Source: Octopus vulgaris
Taxonomy: Eukaryota
Assembly (NCBI GenBank): GCA_951406725.2
Contig: OX597817.1
Location: 29,636,001-29,700,000 of the forward strand
Reading direction: 5' to 3'
DNA: 64,000 nt
This document shows positions 1 to 11,992 of this stretch, piece by piece. Position 1 is the first letter of the stretch. The number at the start of each line of letters is the position of its first letter. A model generated the notes under the pieces. That model was not told the DNA's origin. It made no database searches and saw only the letters and a program-made list of their open reading frames with translations. Made by a program: the position numbers and the translations under genes.

Positions 1-3000
1 GTCAGCATTTGGTACGAATTGCTGGGTCGTGAATCGGAAGGGTCGTGCATTGTAGTGCAGCAATAACACTTACGTCAGCATTTGGTACGAATTGCTGGGT
101 CGTGAATCGGAAGGGTCGTGCATTGTAGTGCAGCAATAACACTTACGTCAGCATTTGGCACGAATTGCTGGGTCGTGAATCGGAAGGGTCGTGCATTGTA
201 GTGCAGCAATAACACTTACGTCAGCATTTGGTACGAATTGCTGGGTCGTGAATCGGAAGGGTCGTGCATTGTAGTGCAGCAATAACACTTACGTCAGCAT
301 TTGGCACGAATTGCTGGGTCGTGAATCGGAAGGGTCGTGCATTGTAGTGCAGCAATAACACTTACGTCAGCATTTGGCACGAATTGCTGGGTCGTGAATC
401 GGAAGGGTCGTGCATTGTAGTGCAGCAATAACACTTACGTCAGCATTTGGCACGAATTGCTGGGTCGTGAATCGGAAGGGTCGTGCATTGTAGTGCAGCA
501 ATAACACTTACGTCAGCATTTGGTACGAATTGCTGGGTCGTGAATCGGAAGGGTCGTGCATTGTAGTGCAGCAATAACACTTACGTCAGCATTTGGTACG
601 AATTGCTGGGTCGTGAATCGGAAGGGTCGTGCATTGTAGTGCAGCAATAACACTTACGTCAGCATTTGGCACGAATTGCTGGGTCGTGAATCGGAAGGGT
701 CGTGCATTGTAGTGCAGCAATAACACTTACGTCAGCATTTGGTACGAATTGCTGGGTCGTGAATCGGAAGGGTCGTGCATTGTAGTGCAGCAATAACACT
801 TACGTCAGCATTTGGCACGAATTGCTGGGTCGTGAATCGGAAGGGTCGTGCATTGTAGTGCAGCAATAACACTTACGTCAGCATTTGGCACGAATTGCTG
901 GGTCGTGAATCGGAAGGGTCGTGCATTGTAGTGCAGCAATAACACTTACGTCAGCATTTGGCACGAATTGCTGGGTCGTGAATCGGAAGGGTCGTGCATT
1001 GTAGTGCAGCAATAACACTTACGTCAGCATTTGGTACGAATTGCTGGGTCGTGAATCGGAAGGGTCGTGCATTGTAGTGCAGCAATAACACTTACGTCAG
1101 CATTTGGTACGAATTGCTGGGTCGTGAATCGGAAGGGTCGTGCATTGTAGTGCAGCAATAACACTTACGTCAGCATTTGGCACGAATTGCTGGGTCGTGA
1201 ATCGGAAGGGTCGTGCATTGTAGTGCAGCAATAACACTTACGTCAGCATTTGGTACGAATTGCTGGGTCGTGAATCGGAAGGGTCGTGCATTGTAGTGCA
1301 GCAATAACACTTACGTCAGCATTTGGCACGAATTGCTGGGTCGTGAATCGGAAGGGTCGTGCATTGTAGTGCAGCAATAACACTTACGTCAGCATTTGGC
1401 ACGAATTGCTGGGTCGTGAATCGGAAGGGTCGTGCATTGTAGTGCAGCAATAACACTTACGTCAGCATTTGGCACGAATTGCTGGGTCGTGAATCGGAAG
1501 GGTCGTGCATTGTAGTGCAGCAATAACACTTACGTCAGCATTTGGCACGAATTGCTGGGTCGTGAATCGGAAGGGTCGTGCATTGTAGTGCAGCAATAAC
1601 ACTTACGTCAGCATTTGGCACGAATTGCTGGGTCGTGAATCGGAAGGGTCGTGCATTGTAGTGCAGCAATAACACTTACGTCAGCATTTGGCACGAATTG
1701 CTGGGTCGTGAATCGGAAGGGTCGTGCATTGTAGTGCAGCAATAACACTTACGTCAGCATTTGGTACGAATTGCTGGGTCGTGAATCGGAAGGGTCGTGC
1801 ATTGTAGTGCAGCAATAACACTTACGTCAGCATTTGGTACGAATTGCTGGGTCGTGAATCGGAAGGGTCGTGCATTGTAGTGCAGCAATAACACTTACGT
1901 CAGCATTTGGTACGAATTGCTGGGTCGTGAATCGGAAGGGTCGTGCATTGTAGTGCAGCAATAACACTTACGTCAGCATTTGGCACGAATTGCTGGGTCG
2001 TGAATCGGAAGGGTCGTGCATTGTAGTGCAGCAATAACACTTACGTCAGCATTTGGCACGAATTGCTGGGTCGTGAATCGGAAGGGTCGTGCATTGTAGT
2101 GCAGCAATAACACTTACGTCAGCATTTGGTACGAATTGCTGGGTCGTGAATCGGAAGGGTCGTGCATTGTAGTGCAGCAATAACACTTACGTCAGCATTT
2201 GGCACGAATTGCTGGGTCGTGAATCGTAATGGTCGTGCATTGTAGTGCAGCAATAACACTTACGTCAGCATTTGGTACGAATTGCTGGGTCGTGAATCGT
2301 AAGGGTCGTGCATTGTAGTGCAGCAATAACACTTACGTCAGCATTTGGCACGAATTGCTGGGTCGTGAATCGGAAGGGTCGTGCATTGTAGTGCAGCAAT
2401 AACACTTACGTCAGCATTTGGTACGAATTGCTGGGTCGTGAATCGGAAGGGTCGTGCATTGTAGTGCAGCAATAACACTTACGTCAGCATTTGGCACGAA
2501 TTGCAGGGTCGTGAATCGGAAGGGTCGTGCATTGTAGTGCAGCAATAACACTTACGTCAGCATTTGGCACGAATTGCTGGGTCGTGAATCGTAAGGGTCG
2601 TGCATTGTAGTGCAGCAATAACACTTACGTCAGCATTTGGTACGAATTGCTGGGTCGTGAATCGGAAGGGTCGTGCATTGTAGTGCAGCAATAACACTTA
2701 CGTCAGCATTTGGTACGAATTGCTGGGTCGTGAATCGTAAGGGTCGTGCATTGTAGTGCAGCAATAACACTTACGTCAGCATTTGGTACGAATTGCTGGG
2801 TCGTGAATCGGAAGGGTCGTGCATTGTAGTGCAGCAATAACACTTACGTCAGCATTTGGTACGAATTGCTGGGTCGTGAATAGGAAGGGTCGTGCATTGT
2901 AGTGCAGCAATAACACTTACGTCAGCATTTGGTACGAATTGCTGGGTCGTGAATCGGAAGGGTCGTGCATTGTAGTGCAGCAATAACACTTACGTCAGCA

Positions 3001-4912
3001 TTTGGTACGAATTGCTGGGTCGTGAATCGGAAGGGTCGTGCATTGTAGTGCAGCAATAACACTTACGTCAGCATTTGGTACGAATTGCTGGGTCGTGAAT
3101 CGGAAGGGTCGTGCATTGTAGTGCAGCAATAACACTTACGTCAGCATTTGGTACGAATTGCTGGGTCGTGAATCGGAAGGGTCGTGCATTGTAGTGCAGC
3201 AATAACACTTACGTCAGCATTTGGTACGAATTGCTGGGTCGTGAATCGGAAGGGTCGTGCATTGTAGTGCAGCAATAACACTTACGTCAGCATTTGGTAC
3301 GAATTGCTGGGTCGTGAATCGGAAGGGTCGTGCATTGTAGTGCAGCAATAACACTTACGTCAGCATTTGGTACGAATTGCTGGGTCGTGAATCGGAAGGG
3401 TCGTGCATTGTAGTGCAGCAATAACACTTACGTCAGCATTTGGTACGAATTGCTGGGTCGTGAATCGGAAGGGTCGTGCATTGTAGTGCAGCAATAACAC
3501 TTACGTCAGCATTTGGCACGAATTGCTGGGTCGTGAATCGGAAGGGTCGTGCATTGTAGTGCAGCAATAACACTTACGTCAGCATTTGGTACGAATTGCT
3601 GGGTCGTGAATCGGAAGGGTCGTGCATTGTAGTGCAGCAATAACACTTACGTCAGCATTTGGCACGAATTGCTGGGTCGTGAATCGGAAGGGTCGTGCAT
3701 TGTAGTGCAGCAATAACACTTACGTCAGCATTTGGTACGAATTGCTGGGTCGTGAATCGGAAGGGTCGTGCATTGTAGTGCAGCAATAACACTTACGTCA
3801 GCATTTGGCACGAATTGCTGGGTCGTGAATCGGAAGGGTCGTGCATTGTAGTGCAGCAATAACACTTACGTCAGCATTTGGTACGAATTGCTGGGTCGTG
3901 AATCGGAAGGGTCGTGCATTGTAGTGCAGCAATAACACTTACGTCAGCATTTGGTACGAATTGCTGGGTCGTGAATCGGAAGGGTCGTGCATTGTAGTGC
4001 AGCAATAACACTTACGTCAGCATTTGGCACGAATTGCTGGGTCGTGAATCGGAAGGGTCGTGCATTGTAGTGCAGCAATAACACTTACGTCAGCATTTGG
4101 CACGAATTGCTGGGTCGTGCGAATCGGAAGGGTCGTGCATTGTAGTGCAGCAATAACACTTACGTCAGCATTTGGCACGAATTGCTGGGTCGTGAATCGG
4201 AAGGGTCGTGCATTGTAGTGCAGCAATAACACTTACGTCAGCATTTGGCACGAATTGCTGGGTCGTGAATCGTAAGGGTCGTGCATTGTAGTGCAGCAAT
4301 AACACTTACGTCAGCATTTGGCACGAATTGCTGGGTCGTGAATCGGAAGGGTCGTGCATTGTAGTCAGCAATAACACTTACGTCAGCATTTGGTACGAAT
4401 TGCTGGGTCGTGAATCGGAAGGGTCGTGCATTGTAGTGCAGCAATAACACTTACGTCAGCATTTGGTACGAATTGCTGGGTCGTGAATCGGAAGGGTCGT
4501 GCATTGTAGTGCAGCAATAACACTTACGTCAGCATTTGGTACGAATTGCTGGGTCGTGAATCGGAAGGGTCGTGCAGTGCAGCAATAACACTTACGTCAG
4601 CATTTGGTACGAATTGCTGGGTCGTGAATCGGAAGGGTCGTGCATTGTAGTGCAGCAATAACACTTACGTCAGCATTTGGTACGAATTGCTGGGTCGTGA
4701 ATCGGAAGGATCGTGCATTGTAGTGCAGCAATAACACTTACGTCAGCATTTGGTACGAATTGCTGGGTCGTGAATCGGAAGGGTCGTGCATTGTAGTGCA
4801 GCAATAACACTTACGTCAGCATTTGGCACGAATTGCTGGGTCGTGAATCGGAAGGGTCGTGCATTGTAGTGCAGCAATAACACTTACGTCAGCATTTGGT
4901 ACGAATTGCTGG
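1..4912. repeat. 73-bp tandem satellite, 67 full units plus a 25-bp partial unit; probably continues beyond the left edge of the window
   Basis: Unit GTCAGCATTTGG(T/C)ACGAATTGCTGGGTCGTGAATCGGAAGGGTCGTGCATTGTAGTGCAGCAATAACACTTAC repeats with 73-bp period. It is about 48% GC. Variation is one common T/C site, a minor G/T site, a few singleton substitutions and three small indels (~4119, ~4365, ~4576). Confidence 0.99.
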
Positions 4913-4996
4913 TTGCAGATTGCTAGCAGGCACTGCATTGTAGCTAAGCTGGTCACAGTAATTCCTTTTTCTCGGAGATTCCGTTCAATACACTAT

Positions 4997-5386
4997 TTTA
5001 TTTTGGAAGCACTCCGTCGGTTACGACGACGAGGGTTCCGGTTGATCCGAATCAACGGAACAGCCTGCTCGTGAAATTAACGTGTAAGTGGCTGAGCACT
5101 CCACAGACACGTGTACCCTTAACGTAGTTCTCGGGGATATTCAGCGTGACACAGAGAGTGACAAGGCCGGCCCTTTGAAATTCAGGTACAACAGAAACAG
5201 GAAGTAAGAGTGAGAGAAAGTTGTGGTGAAAGAGTACAGCAGGGATCACCACCATCCCCTGCCGGAGCCTCGTGGAGCTTTAGGTGTTTTCACTCAATAA
5301 AAACTCACAACGCCCAGTCTGGGAATCGAAACCGCGATCCTATGACCGCGAGTCCGCTGCCCTAACCACTGAGCCATTGCGCCTCC
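4997..5386 (-). mobile_element. tRNA-derived SINE family A (possibly octopus OR-type), full length
   Basis: Minus-strand tRNA-like head GGAGGCGCAATGGCTCAGTGGTTAGG...GGTTTCGATTCCC. Near-identical copies at 33689 and 60386. TSD AATAC(A/G)CTAT at 4987-4996 and 5387-5396. Confidence 0.9.
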
Positions 5387-5520
5387 AATACGCTATGCAT
5401 ATTAGATTGTAAACTTACTTTAAGCAATATGCATAAATTGTACTTAAATTTTTTTTTTGAGGAAGTTATAAATTAAAATGATTTTTGATCAAGCTTTTAA
5501 TGTTAGCTATATTTCTAAAA

Positions 5521-5783
5521 GTGGAGACACGTGGCTTAGTGGTTAGGGTGTCAACATCATGATCGTAACATTGTGGTTTCGATTCCTGGACAAGGTGACG
5601 TGTTGTGTTCTTGAGCAAAACACTTCATTTCACGTTACTCCAGTCCACTCAGCTGGCAAAAATGAGTAACGCTGCGATGGACTGGCGTCCTGTCCAGCTG
5701 GGGACACACATACACCATTGAAACCGGGAAACCGGGCCCATGAGCCTGGCTAGGCTTTAAAAGGGCGCATTTATTTTATTTAT
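5521..5783 (+). mobile_element. tRNA-derived SINE with CORE-like centre and a distinct 3' tail
   Basis: A box TGGCTTAGTGG and B box GGTTTCGATTCC. The central TTGTGTTCTTGAGCAAAACACTT...CCACTCAGCTGGCAAAAATGAGTA is shared with the SINE at 42167. 13-bp TSD TATATTTCTAAAA at 5508-5520 and 5784-5796. Confidence 0.85.
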
Positions 5784-6226
5784 TATATTTCTAAAAACAA
5801 ACAACCACGTAAAATCATGCATTTAAATTCCAAATATATATGTGTCTGTATGTATGTGTAGACACACATACACGCATAAATAATTTAGCACGTAGACTAA
5901 TTAAAAAATAAAATTTTCCAGTGTTTTATTTTAGTTAATTTAACAAGTGGAGTTAAAACCTTCCAAGCTAATTTCCTTGATTTTTCCCATTGGACTGATT
6001 ACTGATTTTATTCCTTTATTTTTAGTTTTGGTTTAATCACACTGTTTTAATTTACTAATTGATTGTTTTTTAATCGTTTTAGTTTTTAATATATTTTTCT
6101 GTTTTCCTTTTCCTTTCAAACTCTGTGCATTTCCACTCCTTTACCAAATATTTTGAATTTGTTTTCTGACCTTTGGGCGTATATATAAGGTTGCTGTTAC
6201 CAAGAATTTAACAATGATAGCTTACT

Positions 6227-6516
6227 ATTGAGCGAAAACACCTAAAATCTTCACGAGGCTCCGGCAGGGGATGGTGGTGATCCCTGCTGTACTCTTTCAC
6301 CACAACTTACTCTTACTTCCTGTTTCTGCTGTACCTGTATTTCAAAGGGCCGGCCTTGTCACTCTCTGTGTCACGCTGAATATCCCCGAGAACTACGTTA
6401 AGGGTGCACGTGTCTGTGGAGGGCTCAGCCACTTACACGTTAATTTCACGAGCAGGCTGTTCCGTTGATTCGGATCAGCCGGAACCCTCATCGTCGTAAC
6501 CGACGGAGTGCTTCCA
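6227..6516 (+). mobile_element. SINE family A, 5'-truncated
   Basis: Matches the body and 3' end (…CGACGGAGTGCTTCCA) of the copy at 33689-34072; the tRNA head is missing. Confidence 0.9.
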
Positions 6517-6899
6517 TCACTATTTGAGTACAACTTCTGATTTAAAGAATCTTTTCACCTGCCTTCTTATTTAAAGTGAAATGCTTATCTTTCTGATTGA
6601 GTAAGCCGTTGGGGGAAATATGGTGACTGAGTTAAGAAGAAATTCATAATAAATTTGACACTAATTTTAGCATTAAGTTTCTCTATCAGTAAATTTGATT
6701 TAAAATATAAACTAACTTATCAAGTATAGTGGTTTACCTTTAGCAAAATACTTCTGAAGTTGTCACAACAAGAACTGAACTTCACTTGTACTTCTTGGCA
6801 TTAAACTGAACTACATATAATCTACACTAATTCTTATCATAATTGAGTATTGAATTTATCTGTAACTTTTATGACCTAGACTAGTAATGTTATACCTTT

Positions 6900-8330
6900 G
6901 GAATTACTTTTCCCTAAGCCTTTTTCTTTACTCTTCAGTTGGCTACAGTGTTGCTACGAAAGTCATTGGGTAAAACATTTTCTGGTACAACTTGCATGAC
7001 CATACAGATAGCTAGACCGTATCCTACGCCACTAGATACCTTAAGCATTTCAGTAGAAATACTATGATGGTCCAGTGGTTTCCTGTAGTTTTCAAAAGTT
7101 TAATTTCTTTATTTGTTATACTGCGGTCAACTGGAATAGCGGGTTACTCTGCTCCACGTTGGAAAAACCGCTTTCTCCCGAGCATTCTTCACACTTAATA
7201 GTTTTTAATAGTATCACTTCCATTCGTCTTTCTTTTCAACAGAAATTGATACATGACCGTGCGGCTACCTTTTCCATCGATCTGTCTAAAATCCACAGCG
7301 TCCTTTAGACAGATTGTGTTATGAGAGATCTGTAATCTATGAAGATCTTTCAGACCGGATACATTCTGTTGACGCCAATTTCTGGTTTTATCGAATGTTT
7401 TCTTCCTGTGTCTAGCAGTAGGTTCATGGCCACTACTAATAAGTTCACGGATAATGCTTACCCCGCCCTAATGCCATTTATCAAACTCTGCCATTTGGTA
7501 GTGGAATTTCCTGCTGTGAACCCCGTTTTCAGTGGCTCCATGTGCAACATTGCGTGCTTGATCTACTGCTGTTAGTACTTGATGGTACTGCAATATATTA
7601 TAAATTAACTGGTGGGGCACATTCGAGTTGGCTTTAGCGAAATCTAATGTTACAACTGAGAATGTGGTGTTATTCGTCTTTGCCTTCTTGATAAAGTGAC
7701 TGATTGCCGATCTATGTTCAAGGCATCCACAGTAGATTGCGAGCCCACTCCCGAACTGAATACTCGTGACGATGTCCTTACTCAGTGGCCAAATATCAAA
7801 TAGTCCTGAAGCAGATTCTGTCAGACATTTTGCCACTAATGCCCTCACTTCGTTGAAAGTAAAGCCTGCCATATTGAAAGTGGGGCGACGTTTTTAATGT
7901 TGGCAATAGGAAGCAACAGTCTCCCAATGGAATAATTTTTCTGGGACCATCTAACACTGCTACTACTCTTCTCGCCACGACTTCCTAAAAAGATATCAAA
8001 AGCCCCTACTTTTAGATTTTCCAGTAAGGTCAGGTACGAACAGGAAGGAGTTGTTGAAAAAAGTGTTTTCTGTTTTCGCCTCGCCCTTTCTCTCTCTCTG
8101 TGTCTCTTTGCTTTTTCCAAAGTGAATCGGCCCTATGAAGTTGTAGCTGAGTTTTCCGTAACCCTGAGCTTACTTGCTTTAAGGCAACTTTCCCTTCGTC
8201 ATCTTCTTCCCCCTTTCCTTCGGGTGCTTTAGCTCTCTTTCCAGTTCTGCTGCAGTCTATCACTGACTTGTAGCAAGTTCTTTGATGGATTTTTCCCTCC
8301 TTCACACCAGACATTTTGGCATACCTGGTA
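6900..8330 (-). mobile_element. Degenerate non-LTR retrotransposon of the restriction-like endonuclease group (HERO/NeSL/R2-like), RT fragments
   Basis: Frameshifted peptides GCLEHRSAISHFIKKAKTNNTTFSVVTLDFAKANSNVPHQLIYNIL (RT motifs GC.EH and LD..KA..SVPH), LRKTQLQLHRAD…RERARRKQK and FTFNEVRALVAK resemble R2/HERO-type ORFs. Boundaries are approximate. Confidence 0.75.
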
Positions 8331-8509
8331 TATCACTTGCACTATCGTTCTCATCTTCCTAGTTACAGCTCCTTTCAAAGTGGCCATCAGATGTAAATGA
8401 GAGAATTAGGAGGGAACTGCTGTACTTCATAACAAATTTAAAAGAAAAAGGGGTATCATTAAACCTATCTTCAACAATCTTCACTATATTTATCTAAACA
8501 TGCGTGAGT

Positions 8510-8533
8510 ACGCACACAGACACACGCGCTCGA

Positions 8534-8590
<57 letters not shown>

Positions 8591-8690
8591 AGCAGATACA
8601 TATATATATATATATACATACATACATATTTATTTATATATGTATGTATACACACACGCACGCGTATGCACAAACACACACATATATCAA
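8510..8690. repeat. (CA)n/(TA)n compound microsatellite
   Basis: Read directly from the sequence. Confidence 0.95.
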
Positions 8691-9197
8691 TGACAAAACT
8701 AATTATAATTAAAACTTCAGATAGTAATTAGTCCCCACTGGTACCTCTACAGTATTTAATGTCTGTCCACCATTTGAGCATTGAATACCTTCAGCTGACA
8801 TTGTATAGGGTCATTAAGAAAGACCTTTTGTTCATCTTACGCAAATTCAATGAAATATGATATAACGCACAATAACCTGTCAAGTTACTTGCTATAAAGT
8901 ATTTAACAGGCAGTAAATGCCCTTATTGAAATAAAATCTATAAATCATGAATTTTTGGATCAATATATTACAGAAAAATAAATGAGAAAAGATATTAAAT
9001 ACTATAAACATCAACTTGAGTTATAAAATAGCAATAAGAACAGCGACTTGGTCGTGTGTAGGTAATTATCTGAGTTAGAGTGATATCTGAAATGGCTTGT
9101 GGCACGTGTTCCAGCTTTCGGCACCTCGAGTTGGAATCCTTCTGGGATAAATTTTGCTTTGCACTAACACACAGACACAAACACACGGATGCGTGTG

Positions 9198-9262
<65 letters not shown>

Positions 9263-9266
9263 ATAT

Positions 9267-9476
9267 ACTTGTTTCAGTCATTTGACAGCGGCCATGCTGG
9301 AACGCCGCCTTTAATCGAGCAAATCAACCCCAGAACTTATTCTTTGTAAGCCTTGTACGTATTCTATCAGTCTTTTTGCCGAACCGCTAAGTTACGGGGA
9401 CGTAAACACACCAGAATCGGTTGTCAAGTGATGCTGGGGGTACAAACACAGACTCACAAACATATATACACATACA

Positions 9477-9510
<34 letters not shown>

Positions 9511-9675
9511 CGACGGACTTCTTTCAGTTTCCATCTACCAAATCCATTCACAAGGCTTTGGTCGGCCCGAGGCTATAGTAGAAGACACTTGCTCAAGGTG
9601 CCACGCAGTGGGACTGAACCCTGAACCATGTGGTTGGTAAGTAAGCTACTTACCATACAGCCACTCCTGCGCCTA
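9267..9675 (-). mobile_element. tRNA-derived SINE family C with internal microsatellite, full length
   Basis: Minus-strand head TAGGCGCAGGAGTGGCTGTATGGTAAG…GGGTTCAGTCCC, an internal (TATG)n tract, and 3' end AAATGACTGAAACAAGTA. Homologous to 51634-52048. Confidence 0.9.
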
Positions 9676-9682
9676 TATATAT

Positions 9683-9766
9683 GTGTCTTCTCTTATAGCC
9701 TCGGGCCAACCAAAGCCTTGTGAGTGAATTTGGTAGACGGAAACTGGAAGAAGCCCGTCGCATATG

Positions 9767-9834
<68 letters not shown>

Positions 9835-10040
9835 TTTGTGTGTCCGTGTTTGTCCGCCTCCAACATCACTTGACAACTGATGCTGGTGTGTTTACGTCCC
9901 CGTAATCTAGCGGTTCGGCACAAGAGATCGATAGAATAAGTACTATGCATACACAGAATAAGCTCTGGGTTCGATTTGCTCGACTAAAGGCGGTGCTCCA
10001 GCATGCCCGCAGTCAAATGACTAAAGCATGTAAAAGAAAA
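9683..10040 (+). mobile_element. SINE family C, 5'-truncated, inverted relative to the adjacent copy
   Basis: GCCTTGTGAGTGAATTTGGTAGACGGAAACTG…(TG)n…GACTAAAGGCGGTGCTCCAGCATG. Confidence 0.9.
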
Positions 10041-10306
10041 AACAAATTACACACACACCCATATATATTATGTCATGTTTTGGATTAAAAATTAATTAAC
10101 CGACGTTGGTCAATTTGTTGATCAAAAGTTTACTCCATTTTCTGTTATTCCTGATAAACTTTTGTTTATTCAGTTATTACCTGTACCCTATGAGCATAGC
10201 ATGCTTGCATACCTATGCCCAGGGATAGCATAGGTAGGTGATACCGGCAGTAAGAACGGATATTCTTATCCCTTAGACAGTTATTCGAACCACTTACTCT
10301 GCTTAC

Positions 10307-10381
<75 letters not shown>

Positions 10382-10399
10382 TCACCATGATAGATCGTT

Positions 10400-10619
10400 A
10401 GCCACTACACACATTATTTGTCTCCTTGTTTCTCTCCTTGTTTTTCTCTGTGTCCCTTTCTGTAGAAGAGCGTAGGCTCGAAACGTAAAAGACTTTTTCT
10501 ATTCCTGAGCGTTATACTAATACATCTGTTTGTTTTGTACACCACCTGCCTTCGTCTTTTGTTTATTTTCGTAAACTCTCCCTATATATATATATATATA
10601 TATTTTCGTAAACTCTCCC

Positions 10620-10620
<1 letters not shown>
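10400..10620 (+). mobile_element. Short Penelope-LTR-like repeat with degenerate hammerhead-like motif
   Basis: CTGTAGAA-GAGC-GTAG-GCTC-GAAACGT. An inverted homologue lies at 13131-13320. Both are embedded in (TA)n. Confidence 0.55.
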
Positions 10621-10656
<36 letters not shown>

Positions 10657-11184
10657 AGAGAGATGTGCGTGTGTGTGTGTTTGCATGCAGCCTTGCTTTG
10701 ACATAACGTGGAGGTTATAAACGAGCTAAATGGACACACAAGTGATGTTATCTGTGTTTATTATTCCATGAAAGACACGTCAGGCCATTGAAGAATATTA
10801 CTTTGGAAACAGTTGAATGTTGGTGACAGGAAGGCTATTTCGCTGTAGTATGGGTGTGTGTGTGTATGTATGTATGTATGGACATGGGTTAAAATAATAA
10901 AATAAGAACTGTAATAAACGAGTGATGAAAAACTCTATAGTGCGTATGTTTATTTAACAAAAAAAAAAAAAAATTACCGTCCAGAAATACGACACTACCG
11001 GTTTCAACACACGATTTCACATCAGGAATTTTGCAGCACAAATTGATAACCGTATATAATTATATACTATTTATTTATTATTTTGTACTTTAGTTAGTTC
11101 TAGGTAAATGTCTTATCGTATATTTAATTTTTTTCTATATGGTATGATTTAATTATATCATTCTTGAATTGTGGTTCTTCTCTA

Positions 11185-11234
<50 letters not shown>

Positions 11235-11611
11235 GCATGACTTATATTTATGTATGTGTATGTGTTCATGTTAGCAAAATTATGATTATTATTCTTTCCC
11301 GGCTGCTAAAATAACAAACTAATCTCCAATGATATCTTACGTTCAGGCTCTTTGTATTCTAAGTTTCTTTGTGGCAATGTTAATCTTTCACCTACTTTTA
11401 GACCACCACCGGGACTAAAACGAGTGAAGTTTTACTGGTGTTCATTTCGCGGCAAGCATTGCACCCCAGTCGCCGATTTGTAAACAATTTCATCCTTCTT
11501 TCTTCATCTGAAATGCTCTGAAAAAAATTATGAATCATAGTTGCTGCCCTTCCGTACATTACTAAATGACTAAAAAAAAAAACAATCTCACTGTCAAGTC
11601 TCAAATTACAG

Positions 11612-11810
11612 ACCGTATTTCCCGGCATAGCTGTATATAGTGTAAAAATGTAGTGCAAACATTCAAACATTGTCACTGCCTTTCCGAATCCTACTGCATT
11701 TAACGAATCTTTCGTCCTCCGAAGTCGTTCTGGCATATAAGTCGATCCAACTCTTTCGGCTGTAAATTTAGGTCTGAAAAACTCGACTTGTGTACTGAAA
11801 TATACAGTAT
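11612..11810. mobile_element. Possible relic pogo/Tc2-like MITE
   Basis: Left end CCGTATTTCCCGGCATA and right end TCGACTTGTGTACTGAAATATACAGTA are imperfect inverted termini; an internal CATATAAGTCGA motif is present. Confidence 0.3.
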
Positions 11811-11992
11811 CTATCACCTACTGAGTGACCATGCTATTCATTTCACTGCATTAGACTTAAGACGCCCTCACCAGCTTAGATTTTAAAACTATTTTACCCA
11901 TTTTTGTTTTGTTTTTAAAATGTTTTTATTTTTGTTTTTGTTTTTAAACTAAGCTAGTTTTATCGTTAATGATAATTTGCTTGTAACTGAAC

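Noticed and set aside
1-4912. CRISPR array
   Set aside because: Units are contiguous and near-identical with no unique spacers, no cas genes are present, and the context is eukaryotic.
1-4912. Tandem tRNA genes (73 bp is tRNA-sized; GGTCGTGAATCGKAAGGGTCGTG loosely resembles the SINE head at ~42200)
   Set aside because: I found no A box, no GTTCRA B box, no acceptor stem or cloverleaf, and no terminator or spacer. The resemblance is short and may be chance.
4017-5074. Short ORFs at the array end
   Set aside because: They arise from indels in a 73-bp (non-triplet) repeat that postpone stop codons.
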